Positions 26,905-40,165 of a stretch of DNA of 64,000 nt are shown here, in pieces. Made by a program: the position numbers and the translations under genes. The stretch's first letter is position 1; each line of letters opens with the position of its first letter. The stretch comes from Octopus sinensis. Lineage: Eukaryota. Under the pieces are notes generated by a model, which saw nothing but the letters and a program-made list of their open reading frames with translations, was not told the DNA's origin and ran no database searches. Location: assembly GCF_006345805.1 (NCBI RefSeq), contig NC_043011.1:58044464-58108463 (forward strand). The letters are read 5' to 3'.

Positions 26905-27063
26905 ATTCTTTTCTATTCTAGGCAAAAGGCCTGGAACTTTTGACCCCGAAAGGATGAAAGGCAAAGGCGACCTCGGTGGAATTTGATCTCAGAACGTAAA
27001 GACAGACGAAAAACCGCTGATCATATCGCATAGCGTGCTGAGATTACTGCCAGCTCGCCGCTT
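26905..27063 (-). mobile_element. CORE-type SINE (family B), partial
   Basis: gaccccgaaaggatgaaaggcaaaggcgacctcgg..ctgccagctcgccgc. Confidence 0.75.
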
Positions 27064-27134
27064 TATAACATATATTCATTGAGCCGGGTTGTCCTTCGTA
27101 ACATCAGTGAATCTTCTGTTCCCTGTTTCCTATT

Positions 27135-27220
27135 GTTATTCAGGTCACTGCCTGGAATTGAACACAGAATCTTGGGGTTAGTAACCCGTGCTCTTAACCG
27201 CTACGCCATATGCCTGTGAG
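27135..27220 (-). mobile_element. tRNA-like head of SINE family H, without tail
   Basis: Reverse complement ggcatatggcgtagcggttaagagcacgggttactaaccccaagattctgtgttcaattccaggcagtgacctgaataac. Confidence 0.75.
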
Positions 27221-27520
27221 GAAGAAGAAAGAAAGAAAAGGAAGGCAACTATACACAATCTAAAACCATAAAGAAAAAATTCACTTATCACTAATTGTGA
27301 CGGGGGGGGGCTACTGGCACCTATAATGTTAGAAATAGAAGTTAAATACCCTTTCATATGCTGACCGTGTTATACGCCCTGTCGCTATATGAAAATGCGC
27401 TTTCTTGCGGCACTAAGGGTCTTTAACACTTATATCTAGTAATATAGGCGCTACCATCAGCCATATATATGTATATATATATATTATTATGTCATATTAT
27501 ATTATATTATATATATATAT

Positions 27521-27591
<71 letters not shown>

Positions 27592-28639
27592 TATATTATT
27601 GAATATTACATGTGTGAGACTTGAATGATCAGGAAAATACATTTCCTTCCGTAGAATAGAGTCGGTTTTTAGATTTGTTACATATTTGCCAGAGAGAACG
27701 TGTTTATTTCTGATTTGTTTAGTATGTTTCTTCCGGAGGAAAGTCTTCGAATTCTATTATTCCCTTACGGAGAACGTATAGAAAACTTTCAGAAATGGCT
27801 AGGAAAACTGAAAGTAGAGCTATGCTTCTACAACGAGAGTGGCCATTCTCTTCTGCCGATGTAGTGTGAAAGAAATGATTGCAAATATACGAAGATTAGA
27901 AGAACAATAACTTGGCGACAGAAAGTAAAGGACCATTAACAGCGATGTGTCAGCGAAGGATTTGCAGCTAAAACTGGCAGCTTAATTCTCCTTCATATTT
28001 CATTTTCTCAACACGAAGACACACTGGATATTACGTCCTGGATAAGCTATGGTATGGAGGTTAAAATCTTAAGATATTAATAGAAAGATGTTGGACATAC
28101 GTCTGCTCAGTCTGAAATGTGCAGACAAATAACAATGAAATCGGCGTAAACTATGACAGACACAGCATCAGTGGCAACATAAACATTGAAGCGACAATAG
28201 CTTCATGGGAAATGAATGTGTTTTCAACGAGAAAACTTCTCAAGTAAAATAACAGCAACAACGAAAACAACAATATCATTACCAACGCTAACGCTATTAC
28301 AGAAATCCCAAACATTTTCGTCAGGCCGCAATATATTCCAATGCGGTTTACGTAAAAGTTTTAACTGATAAAAGTTTTAACAGATTATTGTCATTTGTCA
28401 GAAACGATAACAAATTAGAACAAATGCACTTTGTACCTTTCAGGAACGAATAGTTTCCGTTAGGAGCTCCGCCGTCCGTCGTTGCTCTCTGTGCACCATG
28501 GGGTGCTCGTAATTAATATTAAATGTGAAAACAGAACTGAAAGTGAACTCAGTTTCGAAAACAGATTATTTCTCAGAAATCCAGTCGGCTGATACAATGC
28601 ATTTCAAAAGAACGTGACAGAATGGAACAATCGAAATTG

Positions 28640-28775
28640 TACAGTTCTATATTTAAGCGATGAGGAATTATGTATATTGTTTACATTATTTACATTTGAC
28701 GGATATTTGTCCTCATCTTGTTTGTTGTTAACACAACGTTTCGGCTGATATAACCGCCGGTCTTCATCAGGCCCT
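28640..28775 (-). mobile_element. Inverted HHR-tail module of family H with degenerate HHR at 28730-28775
   Basis: Reverse complement ctgatgaagaccggcggttatatcagccgaaacgttgtgttaacaacaaacaagatgagg.. aligns with 29471-29557. Confidence 0.7.
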
Positions 28776-28896
28776 AAAATTCACTCCATAATTGCCCACG
28801 GGCATATGGCGTAGTGGTTAAGAGCGCGGGCTACTAACCCCAAGACTCCGAGTACGATTCCAGGCAGTGACATGAATAATAATAATAATAATAATG

Positions 28897-28940
<44 letters not shown>

Positions 28941-28941
<1 letters not shown>

Positions 28942-29247
28942 TACAAAGACCTGGAAATAGAGGTAACTAGAATGTGGAATCTGAAAACAGAAACAATTCC
29001 TATCATAGTAGGTGTATTAGGCATGATAAAAAAATATTCAGACAAATACATAACAAAAACACCAGGACTCACAAACACATATAACATACAGAAAATTGCA
29101 CTACTAGGCACTGCACACATCCTACGCAAAACACTTTCCATACAGTAACCATCAGAGCATCACAACAAATCACAGCACATACCCAAGGCACACAGAGCTG
29201 CGCTCGGTAGTGAAGTGAAACACGTTATAAAAATAAAACTACTGCAT
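28941..29247 (+). mobile_element. R4/Dong-like family B 3' end nested in the (AAT)n linker of family H
   Basis: YKDLEIEVTRMWNLK..LLGTAHILRKTLSIQ, nearly identical to 11496-11797. Confidence 0.9.
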
Positions 29248-29254
29248 GATAATA

Positions 29255-29331
<77 letters not shown>

Positions 29332-29351
29332 GTAATAATAATAATAATAAC

Positions 29352-29413
<62 letters not shown>

Positions 29414-29465
29414 CAACATCGAAAAATACCTTAAGAATGAGAACCCTTGTTCGAAATTTCCCCAA

Positions 29466-29511
29466 GACACCTGATGAAGGCTGGAGGGTATATCAGCCGA
29501 AATGTTGTGTT
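29466..29511 (+). ncRNA. Minimal type I hammerhead ribozyme with one stem III substitution
   Basis: GACAC-CTGATGA-A-GGCTG[10 nt]CAGCC-GAAA-T-GTT|GTGTT; sibling copies have GAAACGTT. Confidence 0.7.
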
Positions 29512-29763
29512 AACAACAAACAAGACGAGGAGAAATATCCGTCAAATGTAAATAATGAATTGGAATTGTGTTTGCCACCCAGGATTATTTCCCTAAAACT
29601 TAACCAGACGCATATAAATACAGATCGCATGACCTTCTTCTTATATTGCATAATATAGGATGAAGAAATATGACGCTTAAGTAGATGTTTTGATGATCAT
29701 TTACTGCCACGCTCTTTACAATTGTGGACAATTGTTGAACGTTTTTAAATGGGCAATATACAA

Positions 29764-29920
29764 CAGGCGTGGCTATATGGCAAGAAGCTTGCTTCTCAAC
29801 CACATGGTTCCGGGTTCAGTCCCACTGCGTGGTACCTTGTACAAGTATCTTCTACTGTAGCCTCGGCCCACTAGAGTCTTGTGAGCGGATTTTGTAGGCG
29901 GAAACTGAAAGAAGTCCGTC

Positions 29921-29957
<37 letters not shown>

Positions 29958-29958
29958 T

Positions 29959-30003
<45 letters not shown>

Positions 30004-30071
30004 TTATTTTATAGAGGAGCTTCTTATTGAGTACCTTATTTACTGTGGTTAAACCCGACTCAACCCGGACC

Positions 30072-30120
<49 letters not shown>

Positions 30121-30353
30121 TATATATATTTATGTATGTTTTCGTGTGTTTGTGTTTGTCCTATCACCATCGACTGACAACCGATGCTGGTGTGTTTACG
30201 TCCCAGTAACTTAGCGGTTCGGCAAAAGGGTCCGATATAATAAGTACTAGGCTTACAAAGAATAAGTCCTGGGGTGTTGATTTCGTCGAATAAAGGCACT
30301 GCCCCAGCATGGCCGCAGTCAAATGACTAAAACAAATAAAAGGACCAAAGAGT
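29764..30353 (+). mobile_element. tRNA-derived SINE family A with expanded internal TA tracts
   Basis: ccacatggttccgggttcagtcccactgcgtgg head through gtcaaatgactaaaacaaataaaagg tail. Confidence 0.85.
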
Positions 30354-30695
30354 AACTATTTCATTTGACAACGGTTCTTATCTCGAGCCACAAAAGCACG
30401 TACGTACATAGAAACATACATACGTACATATATACGTACATACATACTTACGTACATACATATACGCACACACATATATATAGTTATATGTGTGGGAATT
30501 GTTAGAATCTTTGGAGCGTCGGACAGAACGGGTCTTCGAATTATTAAATTCAAGCCGCTGGCGCTCTGAGATAAAATGGCCCCAATGGAATATTTAAATT
30601 GTTGTTCTGTTTAATAGCACAACCAGACATTTTATTTGCATTTATCATAATCAACTGATGCAAGCGTCTGTGTGGGGCTTGCGGTTTGAAGATCT

Positions 30696-30739
<44 letters not shown>

Positions 30740-30840
30740 CACACCTGTCTCTGAGACCCTGTAGCAGATCGTGTGTACTTTCTACATTCTTCATTGAAAC
30801 TTTATAAAATATATAAAAAAATACACAATAAACACACACA

Positions 30841-30873
<33 letters not shown>

Positions 30874-32226
30874 GTAATTGACAAATGCACGCACAAAGAT
30901 AAATACATACATACATCTGGATAAATATGGACAACTACCATGAACCTTCGAGCTCGGATGACAATGGACAACTGCTTCGAAGCCTCCACCTTCTAAATCC
31001 AGATTTCAAATCGCCATTTATATCAATATAATTGTTGAACTTGATTTGATGTCTAAAATGCCCAACTGACATTATCATTAGGAGTAAGTTTGAATTTTCA
31101 TTAAAAGAAATCAAACAACTGACTCGCACATTAAAAATATAATCTTTAGGTCGAACAGTAAACGCATGCAATGTCTTTCCAGTTCAAAACGTGAGATGGC
31201 TTTTATTATCTACATTCCCAACTATGAAGCTTTTCATCTTTGTTTTGAAACCAGCTGCTTCCCCAGTGGAAAAATATAAATAATTGAAAGCAGATGATAT
31301 CCTATATACGTACACACATACATACATGCGTACGTACATACACACATACACACACATATATGAACATACAGGAAACACACACGCTCACAGACAAATTTGC
31401 ATACCTACGTTCCTGTATATATGTATATATTATATATATATATATGTATATATATAAAATGAGTGGTACAACAAGGCAACAATATATATATATATATATA
31501 CATTATATATACATATATCTATCTATCTATCTATCTATATATATATATATATACATTATATATATACATATATATATACACACACACATATATATAATAT
31601 ATATATATATACATATATATAATATATATATATATATATACACACATATATATATATATATATATTATATATATACATATATATATATATGTATAGATAT
31701 ATATATATATATATATACACATATATATATATATATTTGTATGTATGTATATATATGTACGTATGTATGGAAATGTGTCTGTGAGCGTGTGTGTTTACTG
31801 TATATTATTGAAACGTAAACCTTAACTAAATAGAAAATTCCTCACCATTGAAGACTTTTGATATTTGAAATGATATTATTTGAAGCTATAAAAAGGTGCA
31901 ATGAGAGAGGCGAGATGAAGAAGTGATAACTTGTTTGGCAGGTAGATAAAGGTGCATGTTCTCAAACACAGAAGAAAAGATAAATCATTAAAAACATTAG
32001 AAAAATTTATAAAACTATGAATATATCTTTCGTGAATATTTGTGAGGAGTTTTGGAGCAATTCGGAGGCGTGGACACGTTGGAGGTAGTTTTTCAATGTC
32101 ATCTCTAACTATTTCAGAAAAAAGCACCTCAAAATTGAGGTGATATCAAACAACGTCATTTCAAATAAATATATATATTCTTCAATATTCTTCTTCTTCT
32201 TAATAATATCACTATTATTATTATTA

Positions 32227-32290
<64 letters not shown>

Positions 32291-32345
32291 GAAGAATAAG
32301 AAGGAGAAGAAGAAGAAAAAGATGATGATAATAATGATGATAATA

Positions 32346-32415
<70 letters not shown>

Positions 32416-32600
32416 CCACCAAGATCATTATCATCATCGCAACTGACAACTGTTTAATGTAATTTTTCTCCATGCATTTTATTTGCCGGTTCTATCGTCT
32501 GATTAAATATCGCCAATTTGCATTTAACATCCATAGTTATGTAAACACTCCGATCTCTACTACCCACACATACACATACACACATTCATAAGACATACAA

Positions 32601-32648
<48 letters not shown>

Positions 32649-32912
32649 CTTTAAAGATCTTTGTGCGTGTGCGTGGGTGCGCTTGTCTGTGTGTTACGAG
32701 AAGGGGGTGTACAAAAGTGTATATTTACTTACTTAAGTATACATGCTTGTGCATGTGTTGGTTTATATAGATATATATATGTGTGTGTGTGTGCGTTTGT
32801 GTAATCATGCCTACACACACATATCTATATATGTGTATAAATATATATATGTATATGTATACATCTGTTTACATATATATACATGTATGCATATATTTAT
32901 ATACGTACATGC

Positions 32913-32952
<40 letters not shown>

Positions 32953-33395
32953 ATAATGTGTTTGCGTATATATATATTATATACATGCGTACATACACAC
33001 ACGCATACCCATGCATAAATTCGTGTATTTCTCTACACATTGGGGCGACTCTTTTAAGCGTATATGTTTAAATATTTGAACACAATGTATATTGACAATA
33101 ATACCATGTTGACCAACTAGTTAACTAATAATTACTCTTTAATTGGTTTCCGTTTCCTTGCTTTAATGATACACCACTCAATTTAATGAATAGAATTCTT
33201 CTCTGGAAAATGTTTCTCATTGGAATTTACAACTTTTGAATATCAAATAAGCAGAAATACATAATTTGGAACTTCTTTATATAAAATTCATTTTAACTCT
33301 TAATGATATCAGTCATAGACAGGTAACGACATTTTGGGAAGAGCATATCGTGAATTTGTTTTTGAAGGTTTTAATTAATTTTTTTTCACTAACTA

Positions 33396-33815
33396 TAGGC
33401 GCAAGAGTGGCTGTGTGGTAGGTAGCTTGTTTACCAACCACATGCTTCCGGGTTCAGTCCCACTGCGTGGCACCTTGGGCAAGTGTCTTCTACTATAGCC
33501 TCGGGTCGGCCAAAGTCTTGTGAGTGGATTTGGTAGACGGAAACTGAAAGAAGCCCGTAGTATATATGTATATATATATATATATATGTATGCGTGTGTG
33601 TTTGTGTGTTTGTGTGTTTGTCCCCCTAGCATTGCTTGACAACCGATGCTGGTGTGTTTATGTCCCCGTTACTTAGCGGTTCGGCAAAAGAGACTGATAG
33701 AATAAGTACTGGGCTTACAAAAGAATAAGTCCCGGGGTCGATTTGCTCGATTAAAGGCGGTGCTCCAGCATGGCCGCAGTCAAATGACTGAAACAAGTAA
33801 AAGAGTAAAAGAGAG
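33396..33815 (+). mobile_element. Full-length tRNA-derived SINE family A
   Basis: taggcgcaagagtggctgtgtgg..gtaaaagagtaaaagag. Confidence 0.9.
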
Positions 33816-33959
33816 AGAGAGTGAGTAACTTGTTACAGGAGGAAAAAGAGCGGTTCGGGAAGACTTCAGGAATAGTTAGGGTTAGCTTGGACCTGTCATG
33901 AAGCCTCGGACTCATAAGGGCCGAACTCAAGAGTTTCATGGCGTATAACTGTCTGAGGT

Positions 33960-34200
33960 TAGAAATCTTATCGGTGGACGGGATGCCAGTCCTTCGCAGG
34001 TTTGCCCTTCTTAGTATTGATGGAACCCATTTACAGTTGGGTGGACTGGAGCAGGGTGAAAAGAAGTGCTTTGCTAATGGTCACCAGCGCCGTTCGCTTT
34101 TGAAATAGAAACTATACACAACACAGAACCCGGTTTAGGAATCGTTACTACAACCTTTGATCGTGAGTGCAACTATCTAACCTTTTGATAACTTGCCTTC
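33960..34200 (-). mobile_element. Diverged tRNA-derived SINE
   Basis: gggatgccagtcc..gggtggactggagc..aagtgctttgc..aactatctaacc. Confidence 0.5.
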
Positions 34201-35624
34201 AAGAGTTGTTACAAGAAGAATAAAAGTTTCTTCGTTAAAATATACCTGGCGTTAGTTGAAAAAACCGTGTTAAAGCTGGCGATGGGGACTAAACCTTTCA
34301 TGCAGCAACACAAATGTTCCCTACTTCCGTTTGGCTTCTTCCACAGCTTCTTTCTATCTTATTTCAGCTAAACAAAAATGTTGCTTAATGCGAAGTAACA
34401 GTAGAATGTTCATGCCGAAGTTAGTAGAGAATGTGATCGGTGCAGAAACCACGCACTTGCTACGGAAAAGTCTGAAGCTAATCTTTAGTCATACTGTATC
34501 GATCTATCTAAAAATTAAAAACTGTTTTTGTCGAGAACATAACTGAAAGCGGAAGATTTCCACCTTGTGTGTCGGAGGTTCTACCCATAATATTTGGGGC
34601 ATAGAAGCATATTTTGTCTCGGCGTCTATACTTTTGTTCAATTTAGATATTTACTTTTGTTGCTCGTGTGTACATAGATAGATTTAGTGGCTTATATTTG
34701 CTCATGTATAGAAAGCAGGCTTAAGCGTACGACAATGGAAACGGCGAATTTAAATTCCAATTCTTACTAGAAGCTTCAAAACTCTCAGAAAATTCAATGT
34801 GAACATTCCATGGGAATTTAGCGTGCATACTGGCCAACAAATAAGACAATGTAAACCAAGTATTATTCACTGTGATAAAAATGACAGCTGAGGTATAATT
34901 GTTTGTAAATTTTTATTAAGCGATCATGATGTCCTGTAGAATCTATCTGAAAATTTAGCGACGTCTACAAGACTAAATTTTAAACTAGAAGTCCTATGGT
35001 CCCTAAAATTTTTTATCATGCTATTTCGAATTGGTACAATCTGAGGGATAAACAAGTATATCTATAAGAGAATTGTGTCATAGGAATCAATTAGGATGGA
35101 TGGTCATTTAGTCAGACAATGACACAAATATTGTTGCTTCTTGACGATTTTCTGAAAACAGGAGTGAAACCGAAATACATTGGCCCAGATATATATTCGA
35201 AACCGAACTACCCTGGCCCATAGATAGAAGTGGACACTGTACTTGTGCTTCCAGGCGAAGAGTTGTATTCAGTGATATATAACAGCAGCTCAATCAGATG
35301 CAGCTAAATTTTCTGAAGTGGGTGCCAACATTGCCCTTCTGCCCTCACTTTTCCTACACACAGTGGCACATTCTAATTTCGGTCTGTTACTTCTAGAGAG
35401 AGAGAGGCCGTATAATTTCCTTGTGAAGACAAGCCCAGCTATCGCTATTTATACTGACACCGGTGGCTTTGTGCTCACTCGGCTGCTGTTGTCACTGTTG
35501 CCATTTCCATAGTGACTGCCCCAGCTGTGGATACACCTATTGTTGGGGCTACTTTCGTAAAGTCTTCTTTGTTGTCACTGTTGTGGATTTTGCTTTTATT
35601 TCTACTAATGTTTATCACTATAAC

Positions 35625-35921
35625 AGTAGTACAATAAAGTGATGGCTTGTTGCCAACATAATGTGGCAGTGCCAGGAAAGAGAAGGACGCTACTGCTATT
35701 TAGAACCGTTTCCAGTTGGCTACGTGACGCCAACGTTCTGTCCTTCAGTTTTTCAAACAAGGGAGATAAGCACCTGTTTGAAAAACTTAAGGACACAGAA
35801 CGCTTGTGTCACGTGGCCAACCAGAAACGGTGTTTCTTGGGGCTAAATAACAGTAGCATTCTTCCCTTTCCTGGCACTGCCACATTAAGTTGGCAAGAAA
35901 CCATCACTTTATCGTGCTGCT
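35625..35921. mobile_element. Palindrome of about 135-bp arms; diverged P4 relative lacking an HHR
   Basis: Arms ~35625-35762 and 35773-35921; shares ttgccaacataa..ggcagt and tctgt.tcctt..aacaaggg with 10654-10780. Confidence 0.7.
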
Positions 35922-36045
35922 ACGGCACAACTCTCTCTGAGATATTTAGAAGTGCAATATTTCTAATTTAGTAATACAATAGTTCTACTTCATCGCTGAA
36001 ATCGTCTCCCTTTCTTGCCGTGTGTAACCATTACGGTTGCTGCTT

Positions 36046-36420
36046 GTTTGTTTGTTTGTTCGTTGAGCGAAGCGGTCTTCATCCCAGGGAGAAGTCCGAA
36101 ATGTGGTCCTTTGCTATTCGTAAGACCCGCAGAAGAGAAAGCAGGTCAACCCCCGACACCGAGAGCATCGACGGATGGATGAATGCGCATCCTGGCTCAG
36201 CGGTTGCGTAGGACGTCGGGGACAAGAAACAGGGGGAAAGAGTGAGAGAAAGTTGGGGCGAAAGAGTACAACAGGGGTCGCCATCACACCCTGTCGAAGC
36301 CTCGTGGAGCTTTAGGTGTTTTCGCTCAGTAAACACACACAACGCCCGGTGTGGAAATCGAAACCGCGATCCTCCGACCGCGAGTCCGCTGCCCTAACCA
36401 TTTGGCCATTGCGCCTCCAC
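36046..36420 (-). mobile_element. Full-length tRNA-derived SINE (family D) with (AAAC)n tail and perfect 15-bp TSD
   Basis: Head ggaggcgcaatggccaaatggttagggcagcggactcgcgg; TSD ttacggttgctgctt at 36031-36045 and 36421-36435. Confidence 0.85.
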
Positions 36421-36711
36421 TTACGGTTGCTGCTTTTATTAATGTTGTTTCTTTTCTTGTTGATATTATCGTTCTTGCTGCTTTCCGCAATTGCAGAAGT
36501 CCAATATTCTGGTCTTTCAGTTATGAACGCTTGCAAAATCTGTCCCTACACTTCCAAAAGAAGGATGAAAGGGGTGGCCCCTAGCAAGTGCTGCACCTCC
36601 ATTTGCGAGTTACATCTTTATTCATCGTTCAGATTGTTGATTGTGGGAAAACAATAATACGTTTGAGAAAATTCGTGATTTTTCGAAACATGAATCCTAA
36701 TACTCAAATGG

Positions 36712-36850
36712 TGTCCATTCTATCGAGGCCGAGATTGGGGAAAGCCAAAGTCGATCACGGTGGTATTTGAACTCAGGCTGTAAAGACAGACGAAACGTTA
36801 CCAAGTAATTCAGCCGGCGTTTCAACGATTGAACCAGCTCGCAGCCTTAA
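36712..36850 (-). mobile_element. CORE-type SINE (family B), diverged
   Basis: aaagccaaagtcgatcacgg..tttgaactcagg..ccagctcgcagcctt. Confidence 0.65.
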
Positions 36851-37315
36851 GCATCAGCTCAAATAATATTATTGTAAAGATTGCTTTGAGTTAATCGGTT
36901 GTCATCAAGTGTTTATTTGCTGAGCTTCACACTTGAAATTCACATTTTAAATATTTAAGAAGATTGAAGATTTATTTTAAAACACTTCAGCATTTTTCCC
37001 TCCATCATTTTTTATTTCGGTGCAAAAGAAACAAAAACAAGAAAGACAAAAAAAAAAAGAAAAGAAGTCTGGTGGGTGGAATTACTGAAGGGTTAAAAAT
37101 GCTGAACCATCAAATTGTTTGATCTCAAAGATTATTAAAACAAAAAACATTGATTCAGGGACTTATGACATAACGGATATTGTCTTTATGAAAATTTACG
37201 TATTTATAATATATATATATATATATTATATATATATATATATTATATATATATATATATATTATATAATATATATATATACATATACATATATGCATAT
37301 ATATGTATATATATA

Positions 37316-37353
<38 letters not shown>

Positions 37354-37622
37354 CACACATACATATAAGTATATGTAAGTATATATAATATATATGTATG
37401 TATGTGAATATATGTGTGTTTGTGAGTGTGTGTGTGTGTGCGTATACAGAGAAATTACGTAAGATAGTTAGGTACATAGAATCAATAGGTACTGTATGGA
37501 TTATTGCTTCGATTTCTGTTTGGGGATTAAAACTTTTCTCTTATCCTTGTTTCCTTGCGGGCTAAAGTTAAGAATGGAGAGGATTAAATTTTTTTTATTG
37601 AATATCATCATCACAGCACTAT

Positions 37623-37676
<54 letters not shown>

Positions 37677-37690
37677 AATTATTATTATTA

Positions 37691-37748
<58 letters not shown>

Positions 37749-38401
37749 CATGATTTTGGTTTTTGTGATAAAGATCAATACATACGTTTGCTAAATTACG
37801 AATATAAAGAAACCATAGGAAACCTGCTCGAGAATGCCCACCGCTAGAAAAGTTTCTTCACAACGATATAATAAAAAATGACCGAATGGATGCTAACACG
37901 ATGGCCGAAACTTTAGAAAATGTTCAAAGCGCTGAGTGACTAATGTCCGAACAACGTTTTAAAATCATTGTGAGGATATTTTTAAGAATGTGGTTATCTC
38001 TATCATTACAGGTGAACTGTGAACGTCTTAACTCCATTCGTAACATTTAATTAAAGGAATATAAACAGATATTCATGTTCGCCATATTGCTTTTACTTCG
38101 GCAGCCTGCGTGAAATAATTCTTTCGAGTAGCAGCTCTATTATACATCACTTTATAATAACCCCGTCTTCCTACGTCGATAGTTGGGACTCTATTATCAT
38201 TGGTGTTATAAGCAATAATTATTCTGTACAAGCAAGTTGTCTGTCTTTATGACACTTTTATAAGACAGATGACGATTTAAACGAATAGCTTAGCGCTTGC
38301 TCTTGACGCAGAGAAAAGATGGGCAATAGCTGTCTGGAATTTTATTAATGGTAAGACTGCCAGCTTGCAGAATCGTTAGCAATTCAGACAAAATTCTTTA
38401 G

Positions 38402-38760
38402 ACGGCAAGTTAGCGGCAATGTTAGCGTGCCGGATACAATGCTTAGCGGCATTGTGTCCGTCTTTACGTTCGGAGTTCAAATGTTTCCGAGGGCGACTTC
38501 GCCTTTCCTCTATTCAGGGTCGATACAATAAGTAGTGATTAAACACTGGGGGAGCTCTAATCGACTTACCCTCGAAATTGCTGGCCTTGTGCCAAAATTT
38601 CAAACCGTTATTATTATCATGATCATCATCGTCATCATTACAATCATTAAAGGCAAACTGGCAGAATTACTAGCAGCCCCAGGAAGCTGATTTATGCCAT
38701 TTCTTGCAGCCGTTTACATTCTGGGTTCAAATTTCACCGAGGACGACTTTGACGTTCATA
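38402..38760 (+). mobile_element. Two CORE-type SINE copies (38402-38607 and partial 38649-38760)
   Basis: atgttagcgtgccgg..gagttcaaat..gactt(c/t)g. Confidence 0.75.
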
Positions 38761-39430
38761 AACTAAGTTTCCTCCAACAAGGTGAAACTGTTTTGGAAAG
38801 AATAGTTACACAAGTTCAAACCTGGGTATTCTACTTTAGGCCTGAACCCAAAATGCGGAGTACGAAGTGGAAACACCCGGATTCTCTGGCGAAAAGTTCA
38901 TTGAAGAGTCAAACTTCAGCCGAAAATGTGCTGCTAACTGTTGTTTCGGACACAAAACTGCGGAATGAGTTTACAGTTACGAGTGTACTGTATAGTAAAA
39001 TGTTGGTCAACAAACGGAAACCAGGCGATTTGTACGAAACGTCGATGTCTGTTGTAAAAGCAAGTGTTATTACAGCACGAAAATGCATGGCAACATACAG
39101 CGGAGAACACCAGTGACACCAATGAAGAATCGGGTTTTGAAATGCTGGGTCACTCTGCACATAGTCTCGATCGCGTCCCTTTCGACTGTCACCACGTTGG
39201 ACCACTGAAACATCTTTTATAAGGTTGCCGATTTGCTACGGGTGAAGTACATAGGAAGCGGTGCATAACTGGGTGTGCGACGACCCGAAAAACGTCTTTT
39301 CTGATGGAATAAGCAAACTTCTACACCGTTGAAGAAATTGCATCGAAATGGACGGGGACCACGAAGAAAGATGCTTTTGTTAAGGAAATTACACAAAGAA
39401 GAATGCGTATAATCTTTAATTTACACTCGT
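38761..39430 (+). pseudogene. Degraded mariner transposase, 3' half
   Basis: LERIVTQVQTWVFYFRPE..KWKHPDS..SAENVLLTV and SDGISKLLHR*RNCIEMDGD correspond to mariner RIVTGDETW and DGIxKLxxRWxKCIxxxGDY. Confidence 0.75.
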
Positions 39431-39599
39431 GTGCTTATACAAAAAGATATGTGTGTATATATATATATTCATATACATATATGTGTGTGTATGTATGTAT
39501 GTATGTATGTCTCAAGCCGTGTTATGTAAAGCTGTCTAGACCCGAATTACCATGCAACAAACTACTAGTAACTCGCGCGTATATTTATACTATCCGCAT

Positions 39600-39715
39600 T
39601 AATTGGAGCAACGTGAAATGAAATGTTTTGCGCAAGAACACAAGCGTCGCCATGAATCGAACTGACAATCTTACGACCGTGAGCTAAGAACTCCAAACAC
39701 TACGCCGCAGCGGTA
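39600..39715 (-). mobile_element. Diverged tRNA-derived SINE fragment
   Basis: ggagcaacgtgaaatgaaatgttttgcgcaagaacacaa..gaccgtgagc..cactacgcc. Confidence 0.55.
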
Positions 39716-39741
39716 GTACGGATCGCGGTATTAAAATTGTT

Positions 39742-40165
39742 AAAAGGCGGCAAGCTGGCAGAATCGTTAGCACGCCGGGCGAAATGCTAAGCGGTATTTC
39801 GTCTGCCGTTACGTTCTGAGTTCAAATTCCGCTGAGGTCGACTTTGCCTTTCATTTTTTCGGGGTCGATTAAATAAGTACCAGTTACGCACTGGGGTAAA
39901 TATGATCGACTTAATCCGTTTGTCTGTCCTTATTCGTCCACTCTGTGTTTAGCCCTTTGTGGGTAGTAAAGAAATAGGTATTTCGTCTGCCACTACGTTG
40001 TGAGTTCAAATTCCGCCGAGGTCGACTTTGCTTTTCATCCTTTCGGGGTCGATTAAATAAGTACCAGTTACACACTGGGGTGAGGTCGATATAATAGACT
40101 TAATCCGTGTGTCTGTCCTTGTTCGTCCCCTCTGTGTTTAACTCCTTGTGGGTAGTAAAAAAATA
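39742..40165 (+). mobile_element. Head-to-tail dimer of CORE-type SINE (family B) within one perfect 15-bp TSD
   Basis: TSD ggtattaaaattgtt at 39727-39741 and 40166-40180; internal junction aaagaaatag|gtatttcgtctg. Confidence 0.9.

Larger units (their letters stand above)
28795..29557 (+). mobile_element. SINE-like element, family H: tRNA head, (AAT)n linker, HHR tail; interrupted by an R4-like LINE end
   Basis: A box TGGCGTAGTGG 28807-28817, B-box-like GTACGATTCC 28852-28861; same module order at 42122-42415. Confidence 0.7.

Noticed and set aside
28795-28873. tRNA gene
   Set aside because: A and B boxes are present but there is no acceptor stem or cloverleaf, and it runs into (AAT)n; it is a SINE head
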